Origin: Snowella sp.
GTDB lineage: Bacteria > Cyanobacteriota > Cyanobacteriia > Cyanobacteriales > Microcystaceae
Assembly: GCA_035285545.1 (NCBI GenBank)
Contig: JAYKGY010000022.1
Location: 16,245 to 80,244 of the forward strand
Direction of reading: 5' to 3'
Length of the DNA: 64,000 nt
The notes under the pieces are model-generated. The model worked only from the letters and a program-made list of their open reading frames with translations. It was not told where the DNA came from and searched no databases. Shown one piece after another: positions 9,895-20,949 of the stretch (position 1 is its first letter; each line of letters starts with the position of its first letter). Both the position numbers and the translations under genes were made by a program.

Positions 9895-11085
9895 ATGAAG
9901 ATTTTGGTGCTGGCGTGGGAATTTCCCCCCCGTATTGTCGGAGGGCTGGCTCGCCATGTGGCGGAATTGTATCCAGAAATTGTCAAATTAGGTCACGAAA
10001 TTCACTTAATTACGGTCGAATTTGGCACATCTCCTGCCTACGAAATCATAGAAGGCATTCATGTCTATCGTGTCCCAGTGCCTTCGGGTAGCGACTTTTT
10101 CCATTGGGTCGTGAACATGAATCAAAGCATGGATCAACAAGCTCAACGCCTCATTGCTCAAAATGGCCGTTTTGATCTCATTCATGCCCATGATTGGTTA
10201 GTCGGAGATGCGGCAATTTCCCTCAAACATCATTTTAAAATCCCGTTGATTGCAACCATTCATGCCACCGAATATGGACGCTATAACGGACTCTATAACG
10301 ATACGCACCGCTATATTGCGAGTAAAGAAGCGGCATTAATTGAAAATAGCTGGCGAGTGATTGTTTGCAGTAACTATATGCGCCACGAACTGCAACGGGC
10401 TTTTGGGACATCTTGGGAAAAAATGAGTGTGATTTACAATGGCATTCGCTCGGAAAAGAAAAAACAAGATCCTGACTTTGATTATTTGCAATTTCGCCGC
10501 CGCTACGCCAATGATCAGCAAAAAATCGTCTATTATGTCGGTCGTATGACTTATGAAAAAGGGGTTTCGGTATTATTGACTGCCGCACCGAGAGTTTTAC
10601 ACGATATGAACCAGGCGGCAAAATTCATCATCATCGGCGGTGGCAATACGGATCGACTGAAACAGTTGGCTTGGAATTTGGGAATTTGGGATCAATGCTT
10701 TTTTACCGGCTTTATGTCCGATGACGATCTAGATAAATTCCAGACGATCGCCGATTGTGCGGTTTTTCCGAGTTTATATGAACCCTTTGGCATTGTGGCA
10801 TTAGAAAGTTTTGCGGCCAAAGTTCCGGTGGTTGTCTCTAATACGGGGGGCTTAGCCGAAGTGGTGCAACATGGGAAAACAGGTATTGTTACTTATACCA
10901 ATAATCCGGATTCTTTAGCTTGGGGAATTTTAGAAGTCTTAAAAAATCCTGAGTATGCCCAAACCTTAGTCAGCAACGCTTATCAGGACTTAGATCTGCG
11001 CTTCCGTTGGCAAATGCTAGCCGAAGAAACTGAAGAGGTTTATGACAAAGTGCTAACCGAGCGATCGCAAGTCCAATGGGATTAA
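9895..11085 (+). CDS. Glycosyltransferase family 4
   Basis: MKILVLAWEFPPRIVGG, HAHDW, PSLYEPFGIVALE; likely ATG at 9895. Confidence 0.93.
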   Translation: MKILVLAWEFPPRIVGGLARHVAELYPEIVKLGHEIHLITVEFGTSPAYEIIEGIHVYRVPVPSGSDFFHWVVNMNQSMDQQAQRLIAQNGRFDLIHAHDWLVGDAAISLKHHFKIPLIATIHATEYGRYNGLYNDTHRYIASKEAALIENSWRVIVCSNYMRHELQRAFGTSWEKMSVIYNGIRSEKKKQDPDFDYLQFRRRYANDQQKIVYYVGRMTYEKGVSVLLTAAPRVLHDMNQAAKFIIIGGGNTDRLKQLAWNLGIWDQCFFTGFMSDDDLDKFQTIADCAVFPSLYEPFGIVALESFAAKVPVVVSNTGGLAEVVQHGKTGIVTYTNNPDSLAWGILEVLKNPEYAQTLVSNAYQDLDLRFRWQMLAEETEEVYDKVLTERSQVQWD

Positions 11086-11282
11086 CCAGAAACCATCGAA
11101 TCAGACCGCACAACACGGCCAGTCATTTTTACTTCTTGGATTCTCGAAAAATATCTTAACAAAGAATAAAAATGTGTTACAAAGCCATGATATGATTGCT
11201 TCTGGCTTCGGTCTTTGCTTCAAAAAACTGGAGATAAAAATACCATAGCCAAAAAACTCTGATTTGTCAGTAGCTCAAAAGT

Positions 11283-11735
11283 GTGACCCCGACCCATTCA
11301 CCGTCTGACTCCCCCCCCGCACCTGAAGTTCCTGAGCCAACAGGCACACCAGCCTCAGACTCAGCTAATTCAATGCAGGAATTTTATCAACTACAACGTC
11401 AGTTGTTATTGCTAACTATTGGGGCAAGCGTCATTATTTTTGGGTGTGTTTGGTGGGTGTATTCCCTCAAAATTGCCTTAAATTATCTCGTCGGCGCGGG
11501 TGTTGGGTTACTCTACTTGCGACTACTCGCCAAAGATGTCGAACGGATAGGCGTTCAATCAGGTCGTGCAGGGGCGAAAGGGTTAGCCCTATTTGCCAGT
11601 TTAATAATTATTGCTAGTCAATGGCGACAATTAGAAATTTTACCTGTCTTCCTGGGGTTTCTAACCTATAAAGCCGCAATCATCATCTATATGCTACAAA
11701 GCGTTTTAACGCCGACCGAGCAGACTAGACCATGA
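11283..11735 (+). CDS. atpI: ATP synthase protein I (Atp1/UncI)
   Basis: First gene of the atp operon; [13 protein letters not shown], multiple TMs, GFLTYKAA. Confidence 0.9.
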   Translation: MTPTHSPSDSPPAPEVPEPTGTPASDSANSMQEFYQLQRQLLLLTIGASVIIFGCVWWVYSLKIALNYLVGAGVGLLYLRLLAKDVERIGVQSGRAGAKGLALFASLIIIASQWRQLEILPVFLGFLTYKAAIIIYMLQSVLTPTEQTRP

Positions 11736-11744
11736 GAGGTAATT

Positions 11745-11855
11745 TAGTGAATAGTAAATAGGGAATAGTGAATAGGGAAAATCTAAAAAGCTGTTTCAAA
11801 CCGCCTGAGATTGCCAAAACTAATAACTATCAACTAATAACTATTAACTATTAAC
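11745..11855. repeat. Heptamer short tandem repeats (STRR-like) in inverted arrangement
   Basis: TAGTGAA/TAGTAAA/TAGGGAA x5 (11745-11779) facing AACTAAT/AACTATC/AACTATT x5 (11818-11852). Confidence 0.75.
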
Positions 11856-11892
11856 CCCCTTGTTCTAACTAAGTAAATCTCACCGAATAACA

Positions 11893-12648
11893 ATGTTAGC
11901 TGGTTTGAGTGTTGTAAATTTGTTTCCATTAGCTGCTTTAGAAGTGGGTAAGCAGTGGTATTGGGAAATTGGAAATCTCAAATTACATGGACAGACCTTT
12001 ACGACCTCTTGGTTTGTCATTGGTTTGTTAGTAATTGCCTCTTTGGCTGCAACTCGTAATGTCCAGCGCATTCCCAGTGGTATTCAAAATTTAATGGAAT
12101 ACGTTCTGGAATTTCTGCGGGAACTGGCGAGGAACCAATTAGGTGAAAAAGAGTATCGTCCTTGGTTGCCGTTTATTGGCACATTATTTCTATTTATATT
12201 TGTGTCCAACTGGTCGGGAGCTTTGATTCCTTGGAAATTAATTCATATCCCTCAAGGGGCTGAATTAGCTGCTCCTACCAACGATATTAATACCACCGTT
12301 TCCCTAGCATTGCTAACTTCTTTAGCCTATTTTTATGCTGGCTTAAGTAAGAAAGGATTAGGTTATTTTGCCAACTATGTGCAACCGATTCCTGTCCTCT
12401 TACCTATTAAGATTTTAGAAGATTTCACCAAGCCCCTTTCCCTCAGCTTCCGACTTTTTGGAAACATTCTCGCGGATGAATTGGTAGTTGCTGTATTGGT
12501 ACTTTTGGTACCTTTATTTGTGCCTCTGCCCCTAATGGCCTTAGGATTATTTACCAGTGCCATTCAGGCGTTAGTGTTTGCCACCTTAGCGGGAGCCTAT
12601 ATCCATGAGGCGATCGAATCGGAAGGTGAACATGAAGAGCATGATTAG
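11893..12648 (+). CDS. atpB: F0F1 ATP synthase subunit a
   Basis: [31 protein letters not shown]. Confidence 0.98.
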   Translation: MLAGLSVVNLFPLAALEVGKQWYWEIGNLKLHGQTFTTSWFVIGLLVIASLAATRNVQRIPSGIQNLMEYVLEFLRELARNQLGEKEYRPWLPFIGTLFLFIFVSNWSGALIPWKLIHIPQGAELAAPTNDINTTVSLALLTSLAYFYAGLSKKGLGYFANYVQPIPVLLPIKILEDFTKPLSLSFRLFGNILADELVVAVLVLLVPLFVPLPLMALGLFTSAIQALVFATLAGAYIHEAIESEGEHEEHD

Positions 12649-12801
12649 TTAAGAATAGTTGCTCCTGAGTTCATCTTAGGAAACTACCCTTTAATTTTTC
12701 AGATTCTTCTCCCCTTAAGGAGTCTATTACCCAGAAGTCAATGGATTTTCTGGCTTGGAACGCACTCCTGTATACTGTTGAACCCCTACTTAGTAATTTA
12801 A

Positions 12802-13062
<261 letters not shown>

Positions 13063-13218
13063 TTTCTAAGCGGTTTGGAGACGTGAGGACAAAGTTAAGA
13101 AGCCAAAAGTAATCATTAAAAACTTTTAACTATTAACTTTTAACTTCACTGTCTCTCTCTTTCCCCCAAGGGTAAGATTCGGTTGATAGAAAACGCCTGA
13201 ATTAAATTAGTACAAAAA

Positions 13219-13650
13219 ATGTTTGATTTTGATGCCACCCTACCCTTCATGGCATTGCAATTTATTGTTTTAGCCTTTGTGCTAAATGCCATTTTCTATA
13301 AGCCTTTAAATAAGGTTCTCGATGAACGGGCTGATTATATTCGCAATAACGAATCAGAGGCGAAGGAACGGTTAGCAAAAGCCAAGGCGTTAGCTCAGCA
13401 ATATGAACAACAAATTGCGGATGCCCGTCGCCAATCCCAGGAAGTTCTCGCTAATGCTCAGGCTGATGCGAAACGGATAGCGGCAGAACAGCTTGCTGAA
13501 GCCCAACGAGAAGCCCAAAAACAAAAAGAAGCGGCGGCCCAAGAGATTGAAGAACAACGTCAAGTTGCGCTCCGTTCTCTTGAACAACAGGTTGATACCC
13601 TCAGCCGTCAAATCTTAGAAAAATTATTAGGCCCTGAGTTAGTCAAATAA
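13219..13650 (+). CDS. atpF2: F0F1 ATP synthase subunit b' (cyanobacterial atpG)
   Basis: [16 protein letters not shown]-terminus, coiled coil, operon position. Confidence 0.96.
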   Translation: MFDFDATLPFMALQFIVLAFVLNAIFYKPLNKVLDERADYIRNNESEAKERLAKAKALAQQYEQQIADARRQSQEVLANAQADAKRIAAEQLAEAQREAQKQKEAAAQEIEEQRQVALRSLEQQVDTLSRQILEKLLGPELVK

Positions 13651-13675
13651 CGCCTTTATATAGGTCATATTAATT

Positions 13676-14215
13676 ATGCTGAATACCTTGTTGATCCTAG
13701 CAACAGAGGCACATGAAGCAGGAGAAGGGGGATTCGGTCTCAATCTAGATTTTCTAGAAGCGAATCTCTTTAACCTGGCGATTTTGCTAGGGATAGTCAT
13801 TTACTACGCGCCTAAAACTTTAGGAAAAATCCTAAGTGAACGACGCACCAAAATTGCTGAGGCCATTCAAGAGGCGGAATCTCGTCAAAAGCAGGCGGCT
13901 CAGACTTTAGCAGAAGAAGAGAAAAAATTGGCTCAGGCTCAAGCGGAAGCGGTTCGTATTCGTCAAACGGCGGAAGAGCGGGCCCAAAATGTGAGGGCTG
14001 AAATTGCGGCTCAAGCGGAACAGGATGTGGCTCGTTTGAGAGAAACGGCTGCTAAGGATTTGGGTGCTGAACAAGACCGCGTGATTGGCGAATTACAACG
14101 TCGGATTGCGGCTTTGGCGGTGGAACGGGCTGAATCTGATTTGAAAGGCCGTTTGTCGAATAGTGATCAAGACACCTTAATTGATCGCAGTATTGCCCAG
14201 TTAGGAGGCCGTTGA
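13676..14215 (+). CDS. atpF: F0F1 ATP synthase subunit b
   Basis: [19 protein letters not shown], coiled coil. Confidence 0.96.
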   Translation: MLNTLLILATEAHEAGEGGFGLNLDFLEANLFNLAILLGIVIYYAPKTLGKILSERRTKIAEAIQEAESRQKQAAQTLAEEEKKLAQAQAEAVRIRQTAEERAQNVRAEIAAQAEQDVARLRETAAKDLGAEQDRVIGELQRRIAALAVERAESDLKGRLSNSDQDTLIDRSIAQLGGR

Positions 14216-14772
14216 TGAAAGGAACTTTATATAGTAGCCAAATTGCTGAACCCTATGCTCAGGCGTTGATGTCTTTGGCAGAGTCTCGCAATCTCGTTCA
14301 ACCTATTGGGGATGCGGTGCGATCGCTGATTGAGATCTTAGAATCTTCGACGGATTTACAAAATCTCATTGCAAGCCCTGTCATCCAGGACGATCAGAAA
14401 AAAGCGGTTTTAAGACAGATTTTAGGATCGGATGCGAATCCCTATCTGCTTAACTTTTTAATGTTACTCGTTGATAAACGACGGATCGTCTTTTTAGAAG
14501 AAATTTGCCAGCAATATTTAGCGTTATTACGTCAGTTAACCAATACGGTTTTAGCTGAGGTTATTACAGCCCTCAAGCTCACTGATGGTCAACGCGATGC
14601 AGTTATTAATAAGGTTAAAGAATTGACAGGAGCAGCTTCTGTCGAACTGAAGGCCACGATTGATCCTGACATTATTGGTGGGGTCATTATTAAAGTGGGT
14701 TCTCAAGTGTTTGACTCTAGCCTCAAGGGTCAACTGCGACGCATTAGCCTCAGTTTAGGCAATGTGGCGTAA
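14215..14772 (+). CDS. atpH: F0F1 ATP synthase subunit delta
   Basis: [35 protein letters not shown] coupling to atpF. Confidence 0.97.
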   Translation: MKGTLYSSQIAEPYAQALMSLAESRNLVQPIGDAVRSLIEILESSTDLQNLIASPVIQDDQKKAVLRQILGSDANPYLLNFLMLLVDKRRIVFLEEICQQYLALLRQLTNTVLAEVITALKLTDGQRDAVINKVKELTGAASVELKATIDPDIIGGVIIKVGSQVFDSSLKGQLRRISLSLGNVA

Positions 14773-14912
14773 GGCTGACTATGATCAATGAAGCGTTATT
14801 TACTAACGATTTTTTAGCGGTCTGTTTCGCGGATTGCCATTGATCACATCAGGGACACTGATCACAATCGTTTCATTATCACGTTCATTTTAGATTATCC
14901 AACGGCACAACT

Positions 14913-16421
14913 ATGGTAAGTATCAGACCAGACGAAATTAGTAATATTATTCGCCAACAGATTGAGTCCTATGACCAAGATGTTCAGGTTTCTAATGTGG
15001 GAACGGTTCTCCAGGTCGGAGATGGTACGGCTCGGATCTACGGGTTAGAAAAAGCCATGTCCCAAGAGTTATTAGAATTTGAAGACGGTACGATTGGGAT
15101 CGCGCTGAACTTAGAAGAAGATAACGTGGGTGCGGTATTAATCGGTAACGGTTTTGGTATCCAAGAAGGTAGCACCGTTAAAGCAACGGGTAAAATCGCT
15201 CAAATTCCCGTAGGGGATGCAATGCTCGGTCGTGTGGTAGATGCGTTAGCGCGTCCCATTGATGGTAAAGCCCCCATTGCAGCTTCTGAAACTCGCTTAT
15301 TAGAATCCCCTGCGCCTGGGATTGTGGCTCGGAAATCTGTTTGTGAACCCATGCAAACAGGGATTACCGCCATTGATGCCATGATTCCCGTCGGTCGGGG
15401 TCAACGGGAGTTAATTATTGGTGACCGTAAAACGGGTAAAACCGCGATCGCGATCGATACCATCATTAACCAAAAAACAGAAGATGTGGTCTGTGTTTAT
15501 GTGGCGATCGGTCAAAAAGCCTCTACCGTTGCTCAGGTCATTGATACCTTAACGGAAAAAGGCGCAATGGATTACACCATTGTGGTAGCTGCTAATGCAA
15601 ACGATCCTGCGACCTTACAATATTTGGCTCCCTACACTGGCGCGGCTTTAGCTGAGTACTTTATGTACAAAGGCAAGCACACCCTCGTTATTTATGATGA
15701 TTTGACCAAACAGGCTCAATCCTACCGTCAAATGTCTTTATTAATGCGTCGTCCTCCTGGTCGGGAAGCCTATCCTGGAGACGTTTTTTACATTCACTCT
15801 CGTCTGTTAGAACGGGCGGCTAAATTGAGTGATGCTTTAGGTGGCGGTAGCATGACTGCGTTACCTGTTATTGAAACCCAAGCAGGCGACGTTTCTGCCT
15901 ACATTCCCACCAACGTTATTTCTATCACCGACGGTCAAATCTTCCTTTCTACCGACTTGTTTAACGCTGGTTTCCGTCCCGCTATTAACGCAGGGATTTC
16001 CGTTAGTCGGGTAGGTTCGGCGGCTCAAACCAAAGCGATGAAGAAAGTAGCAGGTAAATTGAAATTAGAATTGGCTCAATTTGCTGAATTAGAAGCTTTC
16101 TCCCAATTTGCGTCTGACTTAGATGCGTCCACCCAAGCCCAACTCGCACGGGGTCAGCGTCTGCGCGAAATCCTCAAACAGCCTCAAAATTCTCCTCTCT
16201 CCGTTTGGGAACAGGTTGCCATCTCCTATGCTGGTTTAAACGGCTATCTCGATAAGATTGCGGTAGAAAAAGTTATCGACTTTGCTTCTGGCTTACGGGA
16301 ATACTTAAAAGCCAACAAACCCAAATACGTTGAAATTTTGACGAAGGATAAAGCTTTAACCGACGAAGCGGAAACCTTGCTCAAAGAAGGAATCAACGAA
16401 TTTACCCAAGCGTTTGCTTAA
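14913..16421 (+). CDS. atpA: F0F1 ATP synthase subunit alpha
   Basis: [29 protein letters not shown]. Confidence 0.99.
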   Translation: MVSIRPDEISNIIRQQIESYDQDVQVSNVGTVLQVGDGTARIYGLEKAMSQELLEFEDGTIGIALNLEEDNVGAVLIGNGFGIQEGSTVKATGKIAQIPVGDAMLGRVVDALARPIDGKAPIAASETRLLESPAPGIVARKSVCEPMQTGITAIDAMIPVGRGQRELIIGDRKTGKTAIAIDTIINQKTEDVVCVYVAIGQKASTVAQVIDTLTEKGAMDYTIVVAANANDPATLQYLAPYTGAALAEYFMYKGKHTLVIYDDLTKQAQSYRQMSLLMRRPPGREAYPGDVFYIHSRLLERAAKLSDALGGGSMTALPVIETQAGDVSAYIPTNVISITDGQIFLSTDLFNAGFRPAINAGISVSRVGSAAQTKAMKKVAGKLKLELAQFAELEAFSQFASDLDASTQAQLARGQRLREILKQPQNSPLSVWEQVAISYAGLNGYLDKIAVEKVIDFASGLREYLKANKPKYVEILTKDKALTDEAETLLKEGINEFTQAFA

Positions 16422-16422
16422 T

Positions 16423-16560
16423 TAGGGAATAGTTAATAGGGAATAGTTAATAGAGAAAATTAAATGAACAATCAGCGAATTTGCTTTGACAAATCATTGT
16501 TTTCCTCAAATAACTAATCCCTAACTATTAATTATCAATTATTAACTATCAACTATTAAT
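16423..16560. repeat. Heptamer short tandem repeats (STRR-like) in inverted arrangement
   Basis: TAGGGAA/TAGTTAA x5 (16423-16457) facing AACTATT/AACTATC-type units (16511-16560). Confidence 0.75.
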
Positions 16561-16568
16561 TAAAAAAT

Positions 16569-17513
16569 ATGCCTAATCTAAAAGCGATTCGCGATCGCAT
16601 TCAGTCGGTCAAAAATACCAAAAAAATTACGGAAGCAATGCGGCTCGTGGCAGCAGCGAAGGTTCGTCGGGCCCAAGAACAAGTGTTAGCAACCCGTCCC
16701 TTTGCCGATGCCTTAGCTCAAGTTTTATATAATCTGCAAAATCGTCTTGCCTTTGGAGAAACCAATCTCCCTTTATTTGAACAGCGTGATGTTAAATCCG
16801 TTGCCGTTTTGATCGTTTCTGGCGATCGCGGTTTATGTGGGGGTTACAATACGAACGTAATTCGTCGCGGTGAACAACGGGTCAAAGAACTCAAAGCCCA
16901 AGGGATTGATGCCCAATTGGTTTTAGTCGGACGTAAAGCGACCCAATACTTTACCCGTCGTAATGCTCAGGTAGCAGCGACCTATACCAACCTCAACCAG
17001 ATCCCGACCGCAGCGGAAGCTTCCCAAATCGCGGATGAACTCGTTTCATTATTCGTTTCTGGCTCTGTTGACCGCGTTGAGTTAATTTATACCCGTTTCC
17101 TATCCTTAATTAGCTCTCAGCCCGTTATCCAAACCCTCTTTCCCTTAACCCCCCAAGGATTAGAAGTTCAAGATGATGAAATCTTCCGCCTCATCACTCG
17201 TGGTGGCAAGTTCCAGGTAGAGCGTGAAAAAGTCGGTACGGAAGTCACCAGCTTCCCCCAAGATATGATTTTTGAGCAAGACCCCGTTCAAATTTTGGAT
17301 GCTCTGCTTCCTCTCTACAACACCAATCAATTATTACGCGCGCTTCAGGAATCAGCGGCTAGTGAGTTAGCGGCTCGGATGACTGCTATGAGCAACGCCA
17401 GTGATAATGCAGGTCAATTAATTGGAAGCTTAACCCAGTCCTACAACCGTGCGCGTCAAGCCGCAATTACTCAAGAGTTGTTAGAAGTTGTAGCAGGTGC
17501 AAACGCCCTCTAG
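16569..17513 (+). CDS. atpG: F0F1 ATP synthase subunit gamma (cyanobacterial atpC)
   Basis: [45 protein letters not shown]. Confidence 0.99.
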   Translation: MPNLKAIRDRIQSVKNTKKITEAMRLVAAAKVRRAQEQVLATRPFADALAQVLYNLQNRLAFGETNLPLFEQRDVKSVAVLIVSGDRGLCGGYNTNVIRRGEQRVKELKAQGIDAQLVLVGRKATQYFTRRNAQVAATYTNLNQIPTAAEASQIADELVSLFVSGSVDRVELIYTRFLSLISSQPVIQTLFPLTPQGLEVQDDEIFRLITRGGKFQVEREKVGTEVTSFPQDMIFEQDPVQILDALLPLYNTNQLLRALQESAASELAARMTAMSNASDNAGQLIGSLTQSYNRARQAAITQELLEVVAGANAL

Positions 17514-17542
17514 TTTCTTTTGTATTTATTGATTTATAATTT

Positions 17543-17580
17543 AAGGGAGAATCGTACTAAATTAAACGACTCCCTTTTTT
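17543..17580 (+). terminator. Rho-independent terminator closing the atp operon
   Basis: AAGGGAG..TCGT / ACGACTCCCTT stem followed by a T-run. Confidence 0.7.
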
Positions 17581-17663
17581 AATAATTAATAATTTGTATA
17601 TTTTGCTGCTTTTATTTAAAAATAAAAAGTTAATTTTAATGTTGAACAATATTTGGCAAATTT

Positions 17664-18290
17664 ATGATTGAAACAATGTTAGTAAGTGGAATTGCTGGTC
17701 TAACTAGTGAAGTTTTGCATAGTGCGATCCGAAAACTAGGCAGTAAATATTCTGTTGATATTAAATATGTTCTAAGTGAGAAAGTTGAAGCGGATTTTCA
17801 AAAATGTCTTGATATTTCAATTAACGCTTTTTTAGAGTTTGTTTCTAAAGAGAAAAATTTACAGAAAGTACAGCAAATATTAATTGTTGAATATTTAAAA
17901 TCATCGGTTGTAACAGATGAGATTTGGCATTTACTTGACCCTGGCTCTGAAATTTTTGATCGAGGTCTTTTAACCCAAAATGCTTGTGAAACTTTATTTG
18001 AGGTTTTCAAAGAAGATACTGAAAAAGTAATATTTGATGCTTGGGGAGAATTTCTCAAAGCGTTTTCGTTTGCGTCAAGATCGGCTCCTGAATTAAGAGA
18101 ATTTCTTAGAGCGAGTTACGAAGCAGGCAGCTTTAAAGCACTTTCTAATATTGAAGATGTTTTAGAAAAAATGGATAACGCAGTTCGTAATATTCAAGAT
18201 GAAGAATCAACGGTTAGTGAAGCCATCCAGCATTATGCTGAAGAGTTAAAAGATTATAAAAACTGGGCGATGAGTTTTCAGCCCAGCTAA
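17664..18290 (+). CDS. Hypothetical all-helical protein
   Basis: 208-aa AT-rich ORF; no recognisable catalytic motif. Confidence 0.75.
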   Translation: MIETMLVSGIAGLTSEVLHSAIRKLGSKYSVDIKYVLSEKVEADFQKCLDISINAFLEFVSKEKNLQKVQQILIVEYLKSSVVTDEIWHLLDPGSEIFDRGLLTQNACETLFEVFKEDTEKVIFDAWGEFLKAFSFASRSAPELREFLRASYEAGSFKALSNIEDVLEKMDNAVRNIQDEESTVSEAIQHYAEELKDYKNWAMSFQPS

Positions 18291-18317
18291 TTACTAATAG
18301 GTGTTGATTTAACAATT

Positions 18318-18704
18318 ATGTTAGGTAGCGTAAAAGAAACAGTTGCAGATCTTGCAGTAAAAGTTAGTGAACTTTATCGAGAACTTGTCACTAATACCGT
18401 CCAATTTCAAGAGTTACGAAGCTATACCAAGGAAACTTTGGACGAGTTTAAACATCTTTTAGAAAGATTGAGCGATAAGTTAGAAGAATCTGAGAAAGAT
18501 CGAATTAGAAGAGAAACGGAATTGATGTCTAAAATCAATGTGCTAGAAGCAAAACTTGCTGCCTTGAGTGAACAAGCTTTACATGCAGCAGCGAAAGAAG
18601 CCGCCCGTGAAGTTTTTGAAAAAATGGTTTCAGAAAGAAAATTAGAGGATTTGTCCGGTCAAATTCAGAACGACACAAAACAACTTCCTAATAAGCTTAA
18701 ATAG
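18318..18704 (+). CDS. Hypothetical coiled-coil protein
   Basis: 128-aa ORF with heptad pattern, 27 nt after the previous gene. Confidence 0.75.
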   Translation: MLGSVKETVADLAVKVSELYRELVTNTVQFQELRSYTKETLDEFKHLLERLSDKLEESEKDRIRRETELMSKINVLEAKLAALSEQALHAAAKEAAREVFEKMVSERKLEDLSGQIQNDTKQLPNKLK

Positions 18705-18873
18705 TATTTCCACGATTTGTTATTTTCTTAAATAATCGACTTGATTATAGTCATCTAGACCTGTACTGCGCGATCGCCGTTGAGCGTTTACTGTAAGGTA
18801 CTTATCAAATTAACGCCAAAATTGCAATAAGGATATATCCTTAATAATGTGATGTGTGAGGATGCGTGATTTT

Positions 18874-20319
18874 ATGGTTGCTTCTATTATTTCTAACGGC
18901 AATAAAGCCTTGCCAGAGTCTTTGGCAGGTTTGCGGAGTCAAGATTTGAGTTTGATCAGAACGCCCCTATTTGGGACGGATGGAATTAGGGGAAAAGCAG
19001 GCGACTTATTAACCGCCCCCTTCGCGCTGCAATTGGGATATTGGGCAGGTTTAGTCTTAAAGGAAAATACGCCCCTAGCTGGCCCTGTCATTATTGGGCA
19101 GGATTCCCGCAATTCTAGCGATATGTTGGCAATGGCGATCGCCGCAGGATTAACGTCAGCCGGTTTAGAAGTTTGGCAACTGGGCTTATGTCCGACTCCC
19201 TGTGTGGCCTACTTAACGAGAATTACGGACGCGATTGGCGGCATTATGATCTCTGCCAGCCACAATCCGCCTGAAGATAACGGTATTAAGTTTTTTAATC
19301 GAGACGGTTTAAAACTCAGCAAAACGGATACCCAACGCATTGAAGCAGGGCTAAGAGGACAGGTGACCTCCTCTACTTCTAGCGCATCTCATTGGGGCAA
19401 AACCCTTCATAATCCCCACATGGTCAATAATTATGGTCAGTTTTTATTAAATGCTCTACCCAAAGACATTGATTTCCAAGGATTAAAGATTGTCCTTGAT
19501 TTAGCTTGGGGAGCATCGGTATTTATTGGGCCCGAAATGTTTAGAGCCTTGGGTGCTGAAGTCATTTGTCTCCACGAACAACCCAACGGCGATCGCATTA
19601 ATGTTAATTGTGGTTCTACCCACTTAGAAGCCTTAAAACAAGCGGTTCAGGAAAATAATGCAGATATTGGCTTTGCCTTTGATGGAGATGCCGATCGCGT
19701 TATGGCGGTAGATGGCACTGGAAAAACAATGGATGGGGATTATATTCTTTATCTCTGGGGAAAAACCCTGAAAGAACAAGGTGATTTACCTGAAAATTTA
19801 ATTGTGGGAACCGTCATGGCCAATCTTGCCTTTGAAAGAGCTTGGCAAAAATTAGGCGGAAACTTAGTTCGTACTGCCGTTGGAGATCAATACGTTCAGG
19901 CGCACATGTGGGAAACGGGAGCCATGTTAGGCGGTGAGCAATCAGGGCATATCATTTGTCATCATCACAGTTTTTCCGGTGATGGGGTACAAGCCGCATT
20001 ACATTTAACCTCGTTGGTGAAGCAATCGGGACTTTCTCTGAGTGAACTGCTTGAAGAAAGTTTTCATCCCTATCCCCAAATCCTCCGCAATGTTCGGGTA
20101 GAAGACCGCGATCGCCGACTTCATTGGCAAGAGTGTGATGTACTCCAACAAGCTATTACCCAAGCCGAAGCAGCAATGGGCGATCAAGGACGTATTTTAG
20201 TACGTGCCTCTGGAACCGAACCTGTGATTCGGGTGATGGTCGAAGCCGCTTGCCCCAATGAAGCCGAACATTGGACATCGGAACTCATTCGAGTCGTCCA
20301 AACTCATCTAGCCGCCTAA
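18874..20319 (+). CDS. glmM: Phosphoglucosamine mutase
   Basis: [50 protein letters not shown]. Confidence 0.96.
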   Translation: MVASIISNGNKALPESLAGLRSQDLSLIRTPLFGTDGIRGKAGDLLTAPFALQLGYWAGLVLKENTPLAGPVIIGQDSRNSSDMLAMAIAAGLTSAGLEVWQLGLCPTPCVAYLTRITDAIGGIMISASHNPPEDNGIKFFNRDGLKLSKTDTQRIEAGLRGQVTSSTSSASHWGKTLHNPHMVNNYGQFLLNALPKDIDFQGLKIVLDLAWGASVFIGPEMFRALGAEVICLHEQPNGDRINVNCGSTHLEALKQAVQENNADIGFAFDGDADRVMAVDGTGKTMDGDYILYLWGKTLKEQGDLPENLIVGTVMANLAFERAWQKLGGNLVRTAVGDQYVQAHMWETGAMLGGEQSGHIICHHHSFSGDGVQAALHLTSLVKQSGLSLSELLEESFHPYPQILRNVRVEDRDRRLHWQECDVLQQAITQAEAAMGDQGRILVRASGTEPVIRVMVEAACPNEAEHWTSELIRVVQTHLAA

Positions 20320-20479
20320 GTTTCTCAACTTCACCAATCAAAGCGGCGATCGCATGGCTAATTCCCCGGAAAAGATTGCCCTTTTTAACCTTAATCTCTT
20401 TCTGCAACTCATCAGAAAAGTTGATAAAGATTATGATGAAATGAGTTTATGTTAAAAATTCATTTTAAATTTGTGCGAT

Positions 20480-20719
20480 ATGAATAACAACCTCAAACAA
20501 ATTTACAATTACACGGTTCTGCTCGAAAAAGAACAGGACGGAGGTTATCACGCTTTTTGCCCTATTCTCAAAGGTTGTCATTCTCAAGGAGACACGGTTG
20601 AAGAAACCATTGAAAATATGACAGAAGCAATTGAACTATATCTTGAAAGCCTAGTCGCTGATAACTTGCCTATTCCTAAAGAAGACTTAATTGTGAAACC
20701 ATTAAGTGTTTTAGCATGA
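20480..20719 (+). CDS. hicB: Type II antitoxin, HicB family (short form)
   Basis: YTVLLEKEQDGGYHAFCPILKGCHSQGDTVEETIENMTEAIELYLE. Confidence 0.92.
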   Translation: MNNNLKQIYNYTVLLEKEQDGGYHAFCPILKGCHSQGDTVEETIENMTEAIELYLESLVADNLPIPKEDLIVKPLSVLA

Positions 20720-20949
20720 GCAATTTACCGACTGTTAAAGCTAAAGAGTTCATTAAAGTGATTGAACAATTAGGTTTTTACTTTGATAGACAAAAAGGCA
20801 GCCACGCTGTTTATAAAAATGATGATGGGCTAAGAGTTGTGATTCCGATTCATTCCAACAAAGATTTGAAACCAGGAACTCTAAGGGGAATGATTCAGGA
20901 TGTTGGTATGGACAAGGAAACTTTTTTCAAGTTACTTGGCTACGATTGA
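20716..20949 (+). CDS. hicA: Type II toxin, HicA family
   Basis: LGFYFDRQKGSH, VVIPIH..DLKPGTLRGM; ATGA overlap with hicB. Confidence 0.92.
   Translation: MSNLPTVKAKEFIKVIEQLGFYFDRQKGSHAVYKNDDGLRVVIPIHSNKDLKPGTLRGMIQDVGMDKETFFKLLGYD

Noticed and set aside
11745..11855. Tandem repeats as a CRISPR array
   Set aside because: Units are 7 nt with no unique spacers, and no cas genes are present
15421..15444. GDRKTGKT instead of GDRQTGKT in AtpA as an anomaly
   Set aside because: The P-loop is intact, and I recall this variant in related cyanobacteria
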